This document shows, in pieces, positions 14,062-26,549 of a DNA stretch of 64,000 nucleotides. A program made the position numbers and the translations under genes. Where the stretch lies: NCBI RefSeq assembly GCF_009914755.1, contig NC_060925.1. One strand, 5' to 3'. The DNA comes from the human T2T-CHM13v2.0 reference genome, Homo sapiens. Each line of letters opens with the position of its first letter. The first letter of the stretch is position 1. Below the pieces are notes generated by a model. That model saw nothing but the letters and a program-made list of their open reading frames with translations. It ran no database searches and had not been told where the DNA came from.

Positions 14062-15499
14062 ATTTCCATTCTTTTGAGTAAGTCAAAACCATTCTAAGTT
14101 TATTTTTCAAAAAAAAAATAATTTTTATAATATTAATTCTATACTGTAATTTTATTTTTAGATTTATTTTTATGTAATGATTATGTAATGTATTATAGTG
14201 TTCAATACATACATAATAAATAAATAAGCTACAATACATCTCTAAGCTCTTCATATGTGGAGATATGTTTAAAATACACTGTGTGGTTTTGGCATTTTGA
14301 TGGGGCAGACATGTCTTTTGCTTACATCTTTCTGAAAGTTATGTCAGCTGTGTCCATCCAAATCATCCAAGGTATTTGAAAGTTGTATTTCTACTTGAGC
14401 CCACAGTCACAGGGATGGATCAGATATCACTGATAGTTTTTATTAAAGTAATGCCATTTTTAACATTTAAAGACTTGAAAAAACTATATTAATAAATAAT
14501 TCTTATGAAATATAAAGAATGACAGTAGTAGGTGCCGGGTAATGAGTTCCTAGGAAAACCCGAATTCAGATTGATTTTGGTAGGCTATCACTAACAGTCA
14601 CAAGCAGCATGGTAACATTCAACATGGCCCCATGGAAGATCTGCATTTAGATTAAAAATTGCTTGAACCTATTTTGTATTAAACTAACAGGCTGTTTTCC
14701 TACACCAGGAGATCATTGTGAGGTAAAAATATACTTATGAATAATATAAACAAAATATGATTGAGTACATACTTAGGTTGCTTATTTTTTTCTGATAAAA
14801 GTAAATAATACTATCACTTTATACTATATTGATCTCACAAAACTTGGAACATTTTGTTTTTATTTGTCACCAACTTTAAGTAGTTTCTTTACAAACTAGA
14901 AAGATCTAAAAGTCAACCTAAACACAAGAATTTTAAAGATCTTGTCATAGAAAAGAATGAAGTGAGTAAATGGGCTACTCAGAGCTATTTGAAGGCACAT
15001 TAGGTAAATGAAAGATTGTCTTCTTTTATGTTTATTCAGAAGGGAAAAATAAGTGGCAAGCAGGAAATTATATGAAGATGAATGTCAGCTCGATATATAA
15101 TAAAAAATAGCTTAATTAGCTTTGCAACAAAGGGCCATACTTCTCCCAATATAGTGAATTATCTCTTTCTAGATAGATCCAAATAGATGCACTATTGTCA
15201 AAAGGGGTTTTCCAGTTTTTCTTTTCTCTAACATCAAAATTATAAACAGACTCTAAAATAGGCAGGGTTTAATTTCAATCACAAAAATATTTTGGTAAAA
15301 TATAACAAGTTTTTCATTATCAACATATAAAAATGCACTGTGGACTCTGCGAGTCCTGCTACATTATATATTATTTTAAATATTGATTATTTCATTTATT
15401 TAAAAATATTTATCAGACATATAGCTCGTTCAAAGCACAGTAGTAAATACCAGGGATACAACAGTGAAGAAAGCACATATGTCCCTGCTTGACTGGATT

Positions 15500-16023
15500 T
15501 GATGGTAGGCTAAATAATCCCTGCTCCCCACTCCACCACCAAATGTCCATGTCACAATCCCAGTAAACATGTGAATGTCTTACTTTATGAGGCAAAAGGG
15601 AATTTACAGATGTGATTTAGGTAAGGCTCTTAATATGGGGAGATTATCCTGGGCTATCCAGTTGCACCCAATATAATTAATAAAGCCTATATAAGAAGGA
15701 TATAGGAGAATCAGAGTCAGAAAAGGTAATGATATAATGGAAGGAAAAGGAGAAAGGGAGATTTAAAAAGGAAATGAGAGCTGATAGTGGTGCAGGGCTG
15801 TGAGCCCAGAAATACAGACAGCCTCTAGAAGCTGTAAAGTCATGGAAATGAAATGCTGTCTAGGATCTCCAGAAGAAACACAGCCCGGCTGACATCTTGA
15901 TTTTATCCCCTTGAGACTGATTCTGGACTTATTACCAACAAAACAGTAAGATAATAAATTTGAGGTGTTTTTAAACAGCAGAATATGTGGTATTTTGTAC
16001 AACAGCACTGAGAAACTAATACA
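15500..16023 (+). mobile_element. MLT1D-like MaLR LTR
   Basis: 'tgatggtaggctaaataat...ggcaaaagggaatttacagatgtgatt...ggagattatcctgg...gcctctagaagctg...gaaactaataca'. Confidence 0.85.
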
Positions 16024-16685
16024 CAGTATATATTCTGAAATTGTCCTAGAATTTTCATTCTTGGAAAACAATAAAATCATCACTGGTCATTGTGCTAGAA
16101 GCTGCTAGATATTCTCCAAATATCCATTTCCCCTTTCTGAGAACAAGGTAGACGATATTTTCCAGCTTCCCTTGTAGTAAAGGTGTGGTCATATTACTGA
16201 GTTCTAGCCAATGGAATATGGGCAGAGGTAATGTGCCCATGTTCAGGTCAGATATTTTTAAAGGAGATGTGCCTTTTCCAGTTTTTCTTTTTTCTTTCAC
16301 TAGCCTTATACAAGGGATGTCCCTGTGGATGGCAGAGCCACAGAATTCTGGACTTTTATGTAAACAAGACGTCAGTTACTATTTTATTTGATCTATGACT
16401 TTCATATTATGAGGCCCATTTTTAAGGCAGTTAATTTCACCCTAAATAATACAGAAATTATTAGCTCGAAGTGTAGTAGTACCATTATTTAAAAAAACAA
16501 CAACAACTAAACATGATATTGGCATCAGTTGCTTGACGGCAGGCCTTCATACTCTGGCTTCAGTAGTTAGGTGTCAGGTAAGAGAGATGTATATTCATTT
16601 GTTTATAGTGGCAGAAAATGGAAAAATCATTTCATGAGATAATTTAGAGGGTAGAGCAAATACTTCCTGAGCTGTAGCTCTCAGA

Positions 16686-16893
16686 CAGGTTTTCTAAACA
16701 GTGGCAATATTGACATTTGGGCAGGATGCTTGTTTCTAGTGTGGCACTATCTTGTGCATTATTGTGTGTTTAGCAATATCTCTTGCCCACTAGAAGACAA
16801 TGTACTTTTCCCACAGTCTTAACAATTAAGAAATTTTCCAGACGTTGCCAAATTGCCCCTGAGGACAAAATTGGCTCCAGTTAAGGACACTTT
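16686..16893 (+). mobile_element. MER20 (hAT-Charlie) DNA transposon
   Basis: 'ggcaatattgacatttggg...gtgcattattgtgtgtttagcaatatc...ccagacgttgccaaattgcccctgaggacaaaattggctccagtt'; strand arbitrary. Confidence 0.8.
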
Positions 16894-17184
16894 TCTAGGC
16901 AAAAGTGACAGAAAGAGCTAAAATACTACTTTGTTTTTCCTTGTAGCGTTGAAATTCAAGAAAGAGAAATTAGCTCAGATGAAAATTGATTGGCTTAAAA
17001 GCATAAATAAAAGGGAGTACCCTATCTTATTTGGATTGTCCACAATAACACAAAACCAGCCTGCCTCTAGATCCAAAAGGTAGGAGATTAGAATACAAAT
17101 GTCTCGAGTTACAATGATTTTTAACTATTTCTCAGCGAAATGCAATTCAGCATTGTAGCAGAGATAAGAGAAAGGACTTTTTTT

Positions 17185-17766
17185 CTTTTTCTTTTCTGAC
17201 TTTTATTATTTGACTTATTTTCTTTTTTGACTTAGAATCAGGGGGCACACGGGCAGGTTTGTAGCAAAGATACATTGTGTAATGCTGCAGTTTGGAGTAC
17301 GAATAAATCTATTACCCAGGTATGAGCATAGTACCCAGTAGGACGTTTTTCATCCTTTACCCCCCGACCTTTCTTCCCTCTTTAGTAGTCCTCCCTGTCT
17401 GTTGTTGCCATCTTTATGTCCATGTTCACCCAATGTTTAGCTCCCACTTATAAGTGAGAACACACAGTATTTGGATTTTTGTTTCTGTGTTGATTCACTG
17501 AGGAAAATGGCCTCCAGTTGCATCCATGTTGCTGCAAAGAATATAATTTTATTCTTTTTTAATAGCTGTGTAGTATTCCATGGTATATATGTACCACATT
17601 TTCTCTATCCAATCCACCACTGATAGGCACCTGAGTTGATTCCCTGTGGGGATTTCTCAAAGAACTAAGGATTGAACTCCCATTCAACTCATCAATCCCA
17701 TTACTAGGTATATATTGAAAGGAAATGAAATTATTCTATCAAGAAGACACATGCACCCGTGTTTTC
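17185..17766 (-). mobile_element. L1PA15/16-like 3' end with 5' inversion (twin priming)
   Basis: 17185-17643 is reverse L1 3' UTR/ORF2 end; 17644-17766 is the adjacent upstream L1 segment in the opposite orientation. Confidence 0.85.
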
Positions 17767-18943
17767 TTCTCATCAAAGTCTTTTTTTCCAAGAGAAGTGA
17801 GGGAAAGAGAGAGAGAGAGAGAAAGGATATAAGAAAGCCTTAACTGTTTCTAGGAAATATGTTTAGATATAATTATTTACATATGATGTTAATAGACTAG
17901 AAACCTTTTAAGTTTTTGAGGTGCTTTATCACCAATGAAAACACAAGGCTTGTAATTATGAAACAACTTCACTGTCACCAAACATGCACAATCAGAAAAT
18001 GGGCTATGAATGGAAGTCAAGGGGGTATAGTCATCCAAACTGATGCTAGATGTCACAATGAATAATAATATATAAGGAAGGATGTTATAGAGACAGCCAA
18101 TAGATGTGCATAAAGTAGATAAGGGAATTTATCTCAAAGATAATCAGGGGTCTGATCAAAAAGTAACCTCAACCACCCAAACAATGGATCTTCTTGATGC
18201 TTGCATAGCCAGGTTCCATAACTGCTCTATGTAGCTCATTCTTACCTTTTCCAAATGGATATTTTTGGTGGCTATTCTTCCTTCATCAAGATATATGAAC
18301 TATGTGTGGATTGGTGTATATAACTTCTCTTGTAGTTTGCAGGGTTCTAGCTTATAGAGAATGTGCATTGATCAAGATGTTCTGGACAATGAACCAGATG
18401 CAATAACTAAATGCAGTTATTCTCTATTTGGAGATATGGATAAGTATGTTTGATGTGTAGACAGATTGTAGGAATATTTGGAAACCAGAAGCAATGATGA
18501 TTACAAAGAATATTAGTGGTCTTTTAAAAATCTTTTTATCTTCCCGTTCATATAGTATTACATTCTCATGTTCTCTTGATTTAGTAGATTTTTATGCCTG
18601 AGATCTATTAAATAGATAGTGAGAAGCAATGTACACCATTTCAAGAAAGAAAGAAAAAAACTCTTAAAGAGCAGTTACTCCTTCTCAAAATCCTCTTTTT
18701 TCCACCCCCTGCAACAAGTGGATGCTGGTGATACTCTATGAATGATGGAGTCTTTGGATTATTGTACAGAGAAAATTTGACCATGAAACAAACTCTTTTG
18801 ATCACTATATAAACATTTAAAGAAATGTAAAAAAATCTTCGGTGTTTGAGTTGTGTATTTTGAGTCTATTTTTCACAGCAGCTCATTCACTACTCTACTA
18901 ATAATGGTTATAATGATATAGTTGGGTCATATCTTGGAAATGA

Positions 18944-19237
<294 letters not shown>

Positions 19238-20596
19238 TACTTTTCTAAAAATTAACTACACAAAAGATACTGTTCTCTCTCTCATTGCTGTACACACGTA
19301 CACTCACATGTGCATACACACACACCACACATACACACACCCAATTTAAATGCCTCAGTCTTTCTGTGACCTTCCATGGATTTAATGGATCAGAGTCTGA
19401 AATAGTGCAGAAACACATGAACAAGGCCTGTCTCAGCAACAACCTGGCTGTCAGTTACTTTGCAGTCAGTGGATTATGCACGATAATGAATATCCACATG
19501 AAAAAGACAGCATTGAGGACAAGATGCCCCTCAATCACACCCTTCAACAGCGTACAACTTTATAATCGTTGATATTTCAAATCCAATGTAAGGATAAAGA
19601 GGATTTTTGAATGAGACATAATTTGCTTTCTACTGCTATGGTGAAAGAAGATAAAAAGTTAAGGTTTTATTATTTTCCTAAAATACCTTTTTCTTACTCA
19701 CTGAATTGTGCACTAAGCTGTATATTCATTTTAGTTGTTGCTAGTAACATACTTTCTATATTATCATGTAATCTTACTCCTTACTACTTCATAGGGAGTT
19801 AAAGACAAAACAATTATATGATTTAGCAACCTTATGTTCTTCAGCAATGGACAGGCCACTGGAGTAACATTTTGCGCACATAAGTTTGAAGGTCCACGTT
19901 AAAACAATCAGTAACACATGTTCTGTCATAAAAGCCTTTGAAATAGCTCTAAATATTTAAAATATGTTAGTGATAGAAAAATATACTAATTTAAACATAA
20001 AATTTGGAAATAAGCATAAAGTTAAAATTAAACGATAAAAATTGTTAACTAAAGTTTTAATTCATTTTGCAGTAGCTTTTGTCCAGTTTATATTTGAGAT
20101 GCAATTCTAAGTTTTATTTAATGTTCTATATTGCCTCAGAATGCTCCTTTGAATATATAATCATAAATGTGTCTTTTCCACATGACCTCACACTTGCAGT
20201 GTTGTACTCTGTCACACACACATTTGCAATAGTCTTTTTGTGAATAACTCATTGTTAATGTGTATACCCCACATTGTAAATAAAAAGTTTATTGCTAATT
20301 ACAACCAGTATATATAATTTTCTTTCATTGACGGTACATTTGGATTTGCAAATATATGCACAAATATTATAATATGCAAATCAAATATAGTTAACTTTTA
20401 AAAGTATTTTATGACAGATAATAAACCCATTTGGAATAGATAGCGAGTGTCCTGAACTTTGTCTTAGTGCACAGCATTCTTATTTATCACTTGGTAAGTT
20501 TTTAAATGGGATAAAAGTAAACTGACTACTGATCACTTAATTCAACAAGGTAATACATTCTATATAGTATGTTATAGTCAGTCAGTTCATGGGCTT

Positions 20597-20644
20597 AACC
20601 TTGTTATTAAGCTTTAGCTCAACCTTGTTATTAAGCTTTAGCTC
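20597..20644. repeat. Perfect 24-bp tandem duplication
   Basis: aaccttgttattaagctttagctc x2. Confidence 0.97.
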
Positions 20645-22524
20645 AGGAAGACCTAAATGCCCCCAATATCTATTTCTCATAACTAGAAAGCTAGAATTTA
20701 ATTTGTTTTAGGTTTTCACCTCCTCCCTGACCATTTGGGTTGTGTTCATAGGTGACCTTGATCCTATCCGTCCACTATTTCAAGATTCCAGGGCCTAAAC
20801 TGGCTTCTGGCTCTTAACTAACTCTTCCTTTGTTCTTTGCACCTTTTGAAATTCAGGTCACATACTCAATTTTTTTTTATGAAACCCCCAGTCTAACACC
20901 CAACAAAAATTCCACAATTTTATATCAGTTTATTTTCAGATGTTGCCTTTTCAGGTTTTGACCTACAAAGTTAGATGTCAAGCACTCAATTATTTCTTCA
21001 TATCCACTAAAATCTTTCTGGAATTGCTGAATTCTTCTCCAATAGTTTTTTTTTTTTTTTCTGATACACAACAAAGTATTTTATGAGTTTATTTCAATGT
21101 ATATGCAATTTTAAATAATTAGATATTTGGCCCTTTGAAGTGTGTTTATTCATTTATATTAACTGATTTCCAGAGACATTTAAGAGTAACACAATCTACT
21201 AGTGATCTAACAATTGTGTAAAATATATTTTTATCATCAAAAAATAATACTGAGAAGTAAAAATTATCTTTGAGAGGTGATGCTATTAGCATTTTAGTAT
21301 TTTCATTGATAATTTTTCAAAATTTTCAAATAAGTTGTTTATATAATTAAAATTGCATTATTTACTACTTTTTGAAACAGTTCTACAAATTAGGAACAAA
21401 TAAATATTAGGTTGAAAGTTTTTTAAAAAAGACAACAGAAGTTACTAATGAAAAGAAATTTGAATGCCATGAAACATCAAAGGCTCTTATTGTTAAAAGG
21501 CTTACTTTTAAAAAATGTATTACCTTAACTATGGAAACATTTAAATTAATTTCAAGATAGAAGTAAAGTTGGCCACTTTATAAATATCTGAAAATATATT
21601 AATAGCAATTCTGCAATAATATAATTAAAAGTTTTAAATTTCATTGTTGCCCTCCTGTCTTGTAACATACCTCAAGTTGTGTTTGGCTAATAAAACCTAT
21701 GCAATAGATGCTGATTACTTTTGTTTTAAGCAGCATTAGATAAAGCACAAAGACGGTTCTATAATTGCACTCTTTGCTCGAACTCAACCCATTCTAAGTT
21801 GAATGTAATTCAATGAGTGAATTATTAAATGGGTGAATTTAATTAAATGAATAAATGGGCGATTACTTGTTGCATTTAGCCTGAAGTATCATAGTTCTTT
21901 TTCATTTTTATTTATGTGTATTACTGATTCTTGGAAATAAATATGTTCCTTATCAATATTATGTTATTGGTACTGATGCTTTATCTGATTCATCTGGAAC
22001 AGGATTGTCAAAGGATCTGTTTGACAGATAATGGTTATTGTATGTTAACCATGAGTCTTTTGTGTTGTCACATATTCATATCTGTAGGAACTCAAAGCAA
22101 AATGAGCAACACAATGCTATTAAGATTTTCTGTCTTCTTTATCATTACATCATGGCTTGAAATGAACAATTTAGAAGTGACTTCCCCATTGCAATGGCTG
22201 TGTCAGTGACCACAAAGAGAATCTTCAAGCTCTAGTCCAGTATGCTGTGGCAGAACATCTTGGTTAACATCTGTTTGAATGTCAGCATCAACATGATATT
22301 AATCATCTAGGAAACATAAATTTTGAACATTTGTTGATAATTATGTACAACTTTATAGATTCACTCTTGTTACCTGACAGGGCTTATCTGATTAGCACTT
22401 GCAAGGACTTTTACTCTTGTAATAGTCAGACACCTTATGGGGAGGGTCGTATCTGATGTTTCACGAGTTATAGAGTCAAGTGCACAATTAGCATGTGTAA
22501 GAGTTAGACATCAAAGGCAGAAAA

Positions 22525-22576
22525 TGTGTCTTCATGTCTTCCTATCTCTCTAATTTCTCATTTGGTCTAGGTAAGA
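22525..22576 (+). other. Candidate recursive splice site (3'ss immediately followed by 5'ss)
   Basis: Pyrimidine tract tcttcatgtcttcctatctctctaatttctcatttggtct-AG|GTAAGA; no AG in 22521-22568; motif only, use not shown. Confidence 0.3.
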
Positions 22577-23810
22577 ATGCAGTGGTCAAAGGAAACTTGA
22601 TAAGCAGCAAAACAAAACAATTAAAAGTGGAAAATCAAAACAAAAATGTTTTGTGATTTATTTTGTTAGATTAGCTAAAATGCCATCCTAACACCCAGAA
22701 ATCAAAGTGGAATTGATTTATTCAGAATCGAAATATTGGATTTCTGGTACCTAGAATGACAATAATAGAGATATTGCCAGGTGGGACTGCAATTTATTCG
22801 TGGTATAAAGAACAGATGTATAATCAATACTGAGCTGCAAGATGATCACTTTGTCATCTCTCTCACATTCAAACACTGCAGAGATAATGCTACCCATCAC
22901 AGAAGACACTGATTATTAACAATTACATATGATGGAAGTATTGGGCAGATGTGTTTCAGGGAATGAGCCAAAGATAGACGAGTAATAATTATTTTAAAAA
23001 TATAGGAAAGTAACATTTATTTTAAAATAATGAAGAAACAATATATTTATAAATTATTTTTTTCTCCACGTCCAGATCTAATTATTGTAGCTTTACTCGA
23101 TTTCCCTATTTTCAATAGAATAGGAGACATATATTTTAAGTTTTAGTGATAGGACTTGGAAGCCAAAGTAAAACTGACAATAGAGTTTTCAAATGGGAAC
23201 TAAATAAGTGTATTTTCCATAAAATAAGCTATAGTCTTAGCTATAGATCATCGGATTTTGTTCTTAATATTACTGAGATTTAGTTTTAATCCTGTGGTTG
23301 TTTTTAGCATTAACTATTCCCAGTATTCCTTAAGATACTAGAGATAGTGTTTGTACAAATTTGCATTTATAACACGGAAATGCATTGGACTGCACAAATC
23401 ACAATCTTTGCTCTTGTTGATTAGATATGATTTTTCATTGGTATGCGTTATAGATGGCCTCAAGAAAATTACAGGTGTATTGTACTTATAGGAGATCTGA
23501 AGTGAGTAGAAAACATCAATTATGAGCATCCGTGCAGTAAATTAGTTTATACACTTTGCTAGTTGTAAACAAAGAACTTTTGCTCTTTGTATTTATAGCC
23601 AAGATTAAGGGGTAAAATGTAGTATGTCTTCTCCTTTTCTATATTATAGATAAGAAATGTGTAATAGAAAATTAAAAAATAGCATTTCTGTTTTGATTTG
23701 CAAGCATTTACTTTTAAATTTATTATGATGCTTAAATATTTCAATAATACAGATAATTTTATTTGTGAATTTTTATTATTTTGTTAATCATTTTTGATAT
23801 TGTATGTGTC

Positions 23811-23855
23811 AATTTTTAACCTACTGAAATTATGCATTTCAGTAGGTTAAAAATT
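23811..23855. repeat. Perfect inverted repeat, 20-bp arms with 5-nt spacer
   Basis: aatttttaacctactgaaat-tatgc-atttcagtaggttaaaaatt. Confidence 0.97.
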
Positions 23856-24735
23856 ACATTGATAAAATAACTTTTGTGTAATTTCACATGTGGTAGTGTC
23901 AATAGCTTATCTGTATAACATTGGGGCTATTCCCAGCTATTAATCAACCAGACACGTATCTTCAAAAGCTTATTTTATAACTGAATAGACTTTCTCAAAA
24001 GGCAGTGAACTCGTGAATATTTAAATGCAAATTGGTGTGCCATTATTAAAATGTACACTCAGGCACCACTAAATTACTTTTGACTCATAATTAAACACTT
24101 ATTCTAGGCATTTGAACTCCCTGCACTTAATAGAACAACCAATTGCTGCATATATTTGAACATTGAACAACTGGCTTCATAAGCTGGATCTCACATCATG
24201 ATATTCCCTGACTTATCAGAGAACATCTATATAAAATTTAACCATTGCCATCTTTAGCTACTAGTGAATATTCTGATGACAAAACATATTTATACTAATG
24301 TATTTTCAAAAATAGTTATTAGTACTTATGACTGACTCCATGAAGGTATATTATATTATACAGAAGAAACACAAATGAAAAAAATCACAGCTCAGTTGTT
24401 CAACACATTGGGTCCTGATTATTCCTTATAATATCCTAATTAAGATAATTAAGTCATATAAAAAGGACTTCATCTATATCTATATACGTGTGTGTTTAAA
24501 CATACATACATTTTTCAAATAGTCAACATGATAATCATAATCAAACAAAAAGGTGATAGCTGCTTACAAAAATAATGTACTATGTTTGGTTTTGTTTCAG
24601 AGATTTTAACCTAGTTGAGGATAAATTACCCTATCACATGAAGGTAATAGAAAGCTATAGAAACAAAACAAAGCTACAAATTATTCGTACAAGTGAAGAC
24701 TATAGTAGAAGGGAACACTTAAGATAAAAAGGAAG

Positions 24736-25027
24736 GGCCGGGCACTGTGGCTCATGCCTGTAATCCCAGCACTTTGGGAGGCTGAGGAGGGCAGATCACT
24801 TGAGGTCAGGAGCTCAAGACCAGCCTGACCAACATGGTGAAACCCCATCTCTACTAAAAATACAAAAATTAACCAGGCATGATGGCACACTCCTGTAATC
24901 CTAGCTACTCCGGAGGCTAAGCCATGAGAATCTCTTGAATCTGGGAGGCAGAGGTTACAGTGAGCTGAGATTGGGCCACTGCACCCCAGCCTGGGTGACA
25001 GAGCAAGACTCCATCTCAATAAAAAAA
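24736..25027 (+). mobile_element. AluS (Sx/Sz-like)
   Basis: ggccgggcactgtggctcatgcctgtaatccc...gactccatctc followed by an A tail. Confidence 0.93.
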
Positions 25028-25229
25028 GAGAAGAGAGGGCCAACACTCTCTCACCTTCCATCAAATCAGAATCAAATCAGAAATTTGTCCTCACAGTCTT
25101 CCCTCTTTGTCTGTCATTAACCTCTACCTCTCTAATTAATGATATGAATAAATCTTGTTTCAATATTTTCCTTCTTAAAAATAAACACTTTCCAGTAGAT
25201 GCCTCTTTTTTGTCTGCTTTTCTCTGTTG

Positions 25230-26530
25230 CAAAATTTCTCAACAAAGTTATAGACTTGTTTCTGCTGTGTCATATATGTCTCTGTTCAATCCACTGTGAT
25301 TCAGTTTTCATCTCCCCAACATCCCTGAATCCATTTTGGTCAAGGTTCCTAGCCCTCAATACTTACCAAATTTAAATCAGTTCTCAGTCCTCCAGTCCAC
25401 ATTTGACTAACAACCACTCAAAACATTTGACACATTGATCAGTTTCTCCTTCCTGAAACCTCTTTTCTTTCTTGGCTTTTGTGCTTTGCATTTATATACT
25501 GGCAAGAAATCTATCTACCCATATGTCTTCTACATATCTATTCATTCATTCATTTTACTAGAACTCTTAGAAATTTGCATGTGTCTTAGTACTTTTTTTT
25601 CTATAACAGAATGACTAAGACAGGGTAATTTATGAAGAAAGAGGTTTATTTAGCTTTTGGTTCTGCAGGCTGGGAAGTTCAAGATCCAATGGCTGCATCT
25701 GGCAAGGGCCTCATGCTATGTTATAACATGGTAGAAAAGTGGAAGGGCAAATGAATGCATGCAAAAAAAATAAATAACATGGTGGCAACCCCATTTATAA
25801 CAACTCACTCTCATGGGAGCTAATCTATCTCCAAGAGAACAAATCCATTCCCATGAGAACTAACCCAGTCCCATAAAAAAGACATTAATCCATTTTAATG
25901 ACCTAATCATTTTTAAAGGCAACACCTCTCAACACCACCATTTTGAAGACTGAGCCTCAACATGAGTTTTGTTGTGGACAAACCATATTCAGACCATAGC
26001 AGCATGTAATTGGTAAAGCAGAAGTTAAGTGGCAGATGAGTGTTAATGCTTAGGTTAGTATGGTGTGAGGGGCTGGAGCAGTGCATGGACATGGTACCAG
26101 ACCTGCTGACACATATTGTTGGTACGTGTATTGAGCAGCATCTGGGCCTGCACTCCCTCTGGCTTCCACTAAATGCCATCGTTAAGCTTCTCTAACTCCT
26201 GGGTCAGGTGCATTTGCCCCCCAGTGTCTTCTCATTACGCTTAGAGTAAATCCTCAAGAATTATAATTGCCTATAACACTGTATATAATATTATCTTTAT
26301 CTTCATCTCTGATCTTATCTCTTATTACACTTTAACTTATTCGCTCCATTCAAGACATATTGCTTGTTTTTATTTCTCAGCTCCCAAAATTTTTACCTGA
26401 TATTTCTTTTGCCTATAAGATCTCTTGGTTCTTTCCATGACTCATTATTTTATTCACTACATTCAAGATGTTTCCACAAACATCACCTTTTCCGAATGAA
26501 GTCATTTCTCTGACATATCTTTTTAAAATA
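25230..26530 (+). mobile_element. Degraded L2, interrupted by an MST LTR
   Basis: 'aacatttgacacattgatcagtttctccttcctgaaac' (L2 RT region) and 3' motifs at 26220-26530. Confidence 0.55.
25582..26001 (-). mobile_element. MST-type MaLR solo LTR (MSTC/D-like)
   Basis: tgtcttagt...aagaggtttatttagc...ctgggaagttcaagat...attcagaccatagca; 5-bp TSD gcatg at 25577-25581 and 26002-26006. Confidence 0.88.
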
Positions 26531-26549
26531 GCCATACACCCATTTTCTT

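Larger units (their letters stand above)
16091..18903 (+). mobile_element. Old MaLR element: MLT1J-like LTR (16091-16453), internal remnants and probable second LTR (~18490-18903); interrupted by MER20 and L1
   Basis: The 5' LTR has 'tttccagcttcccttgtagt...gagttctagccaatggaatatgggcagaggtaatgtg' and ends 'taataca' followed by 'gaaatt'; the downstream block ends with LTR-like 'ttttcacagcagctcattcactactctactaata'. Internal assignment is inference. Confidence 0.5.
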
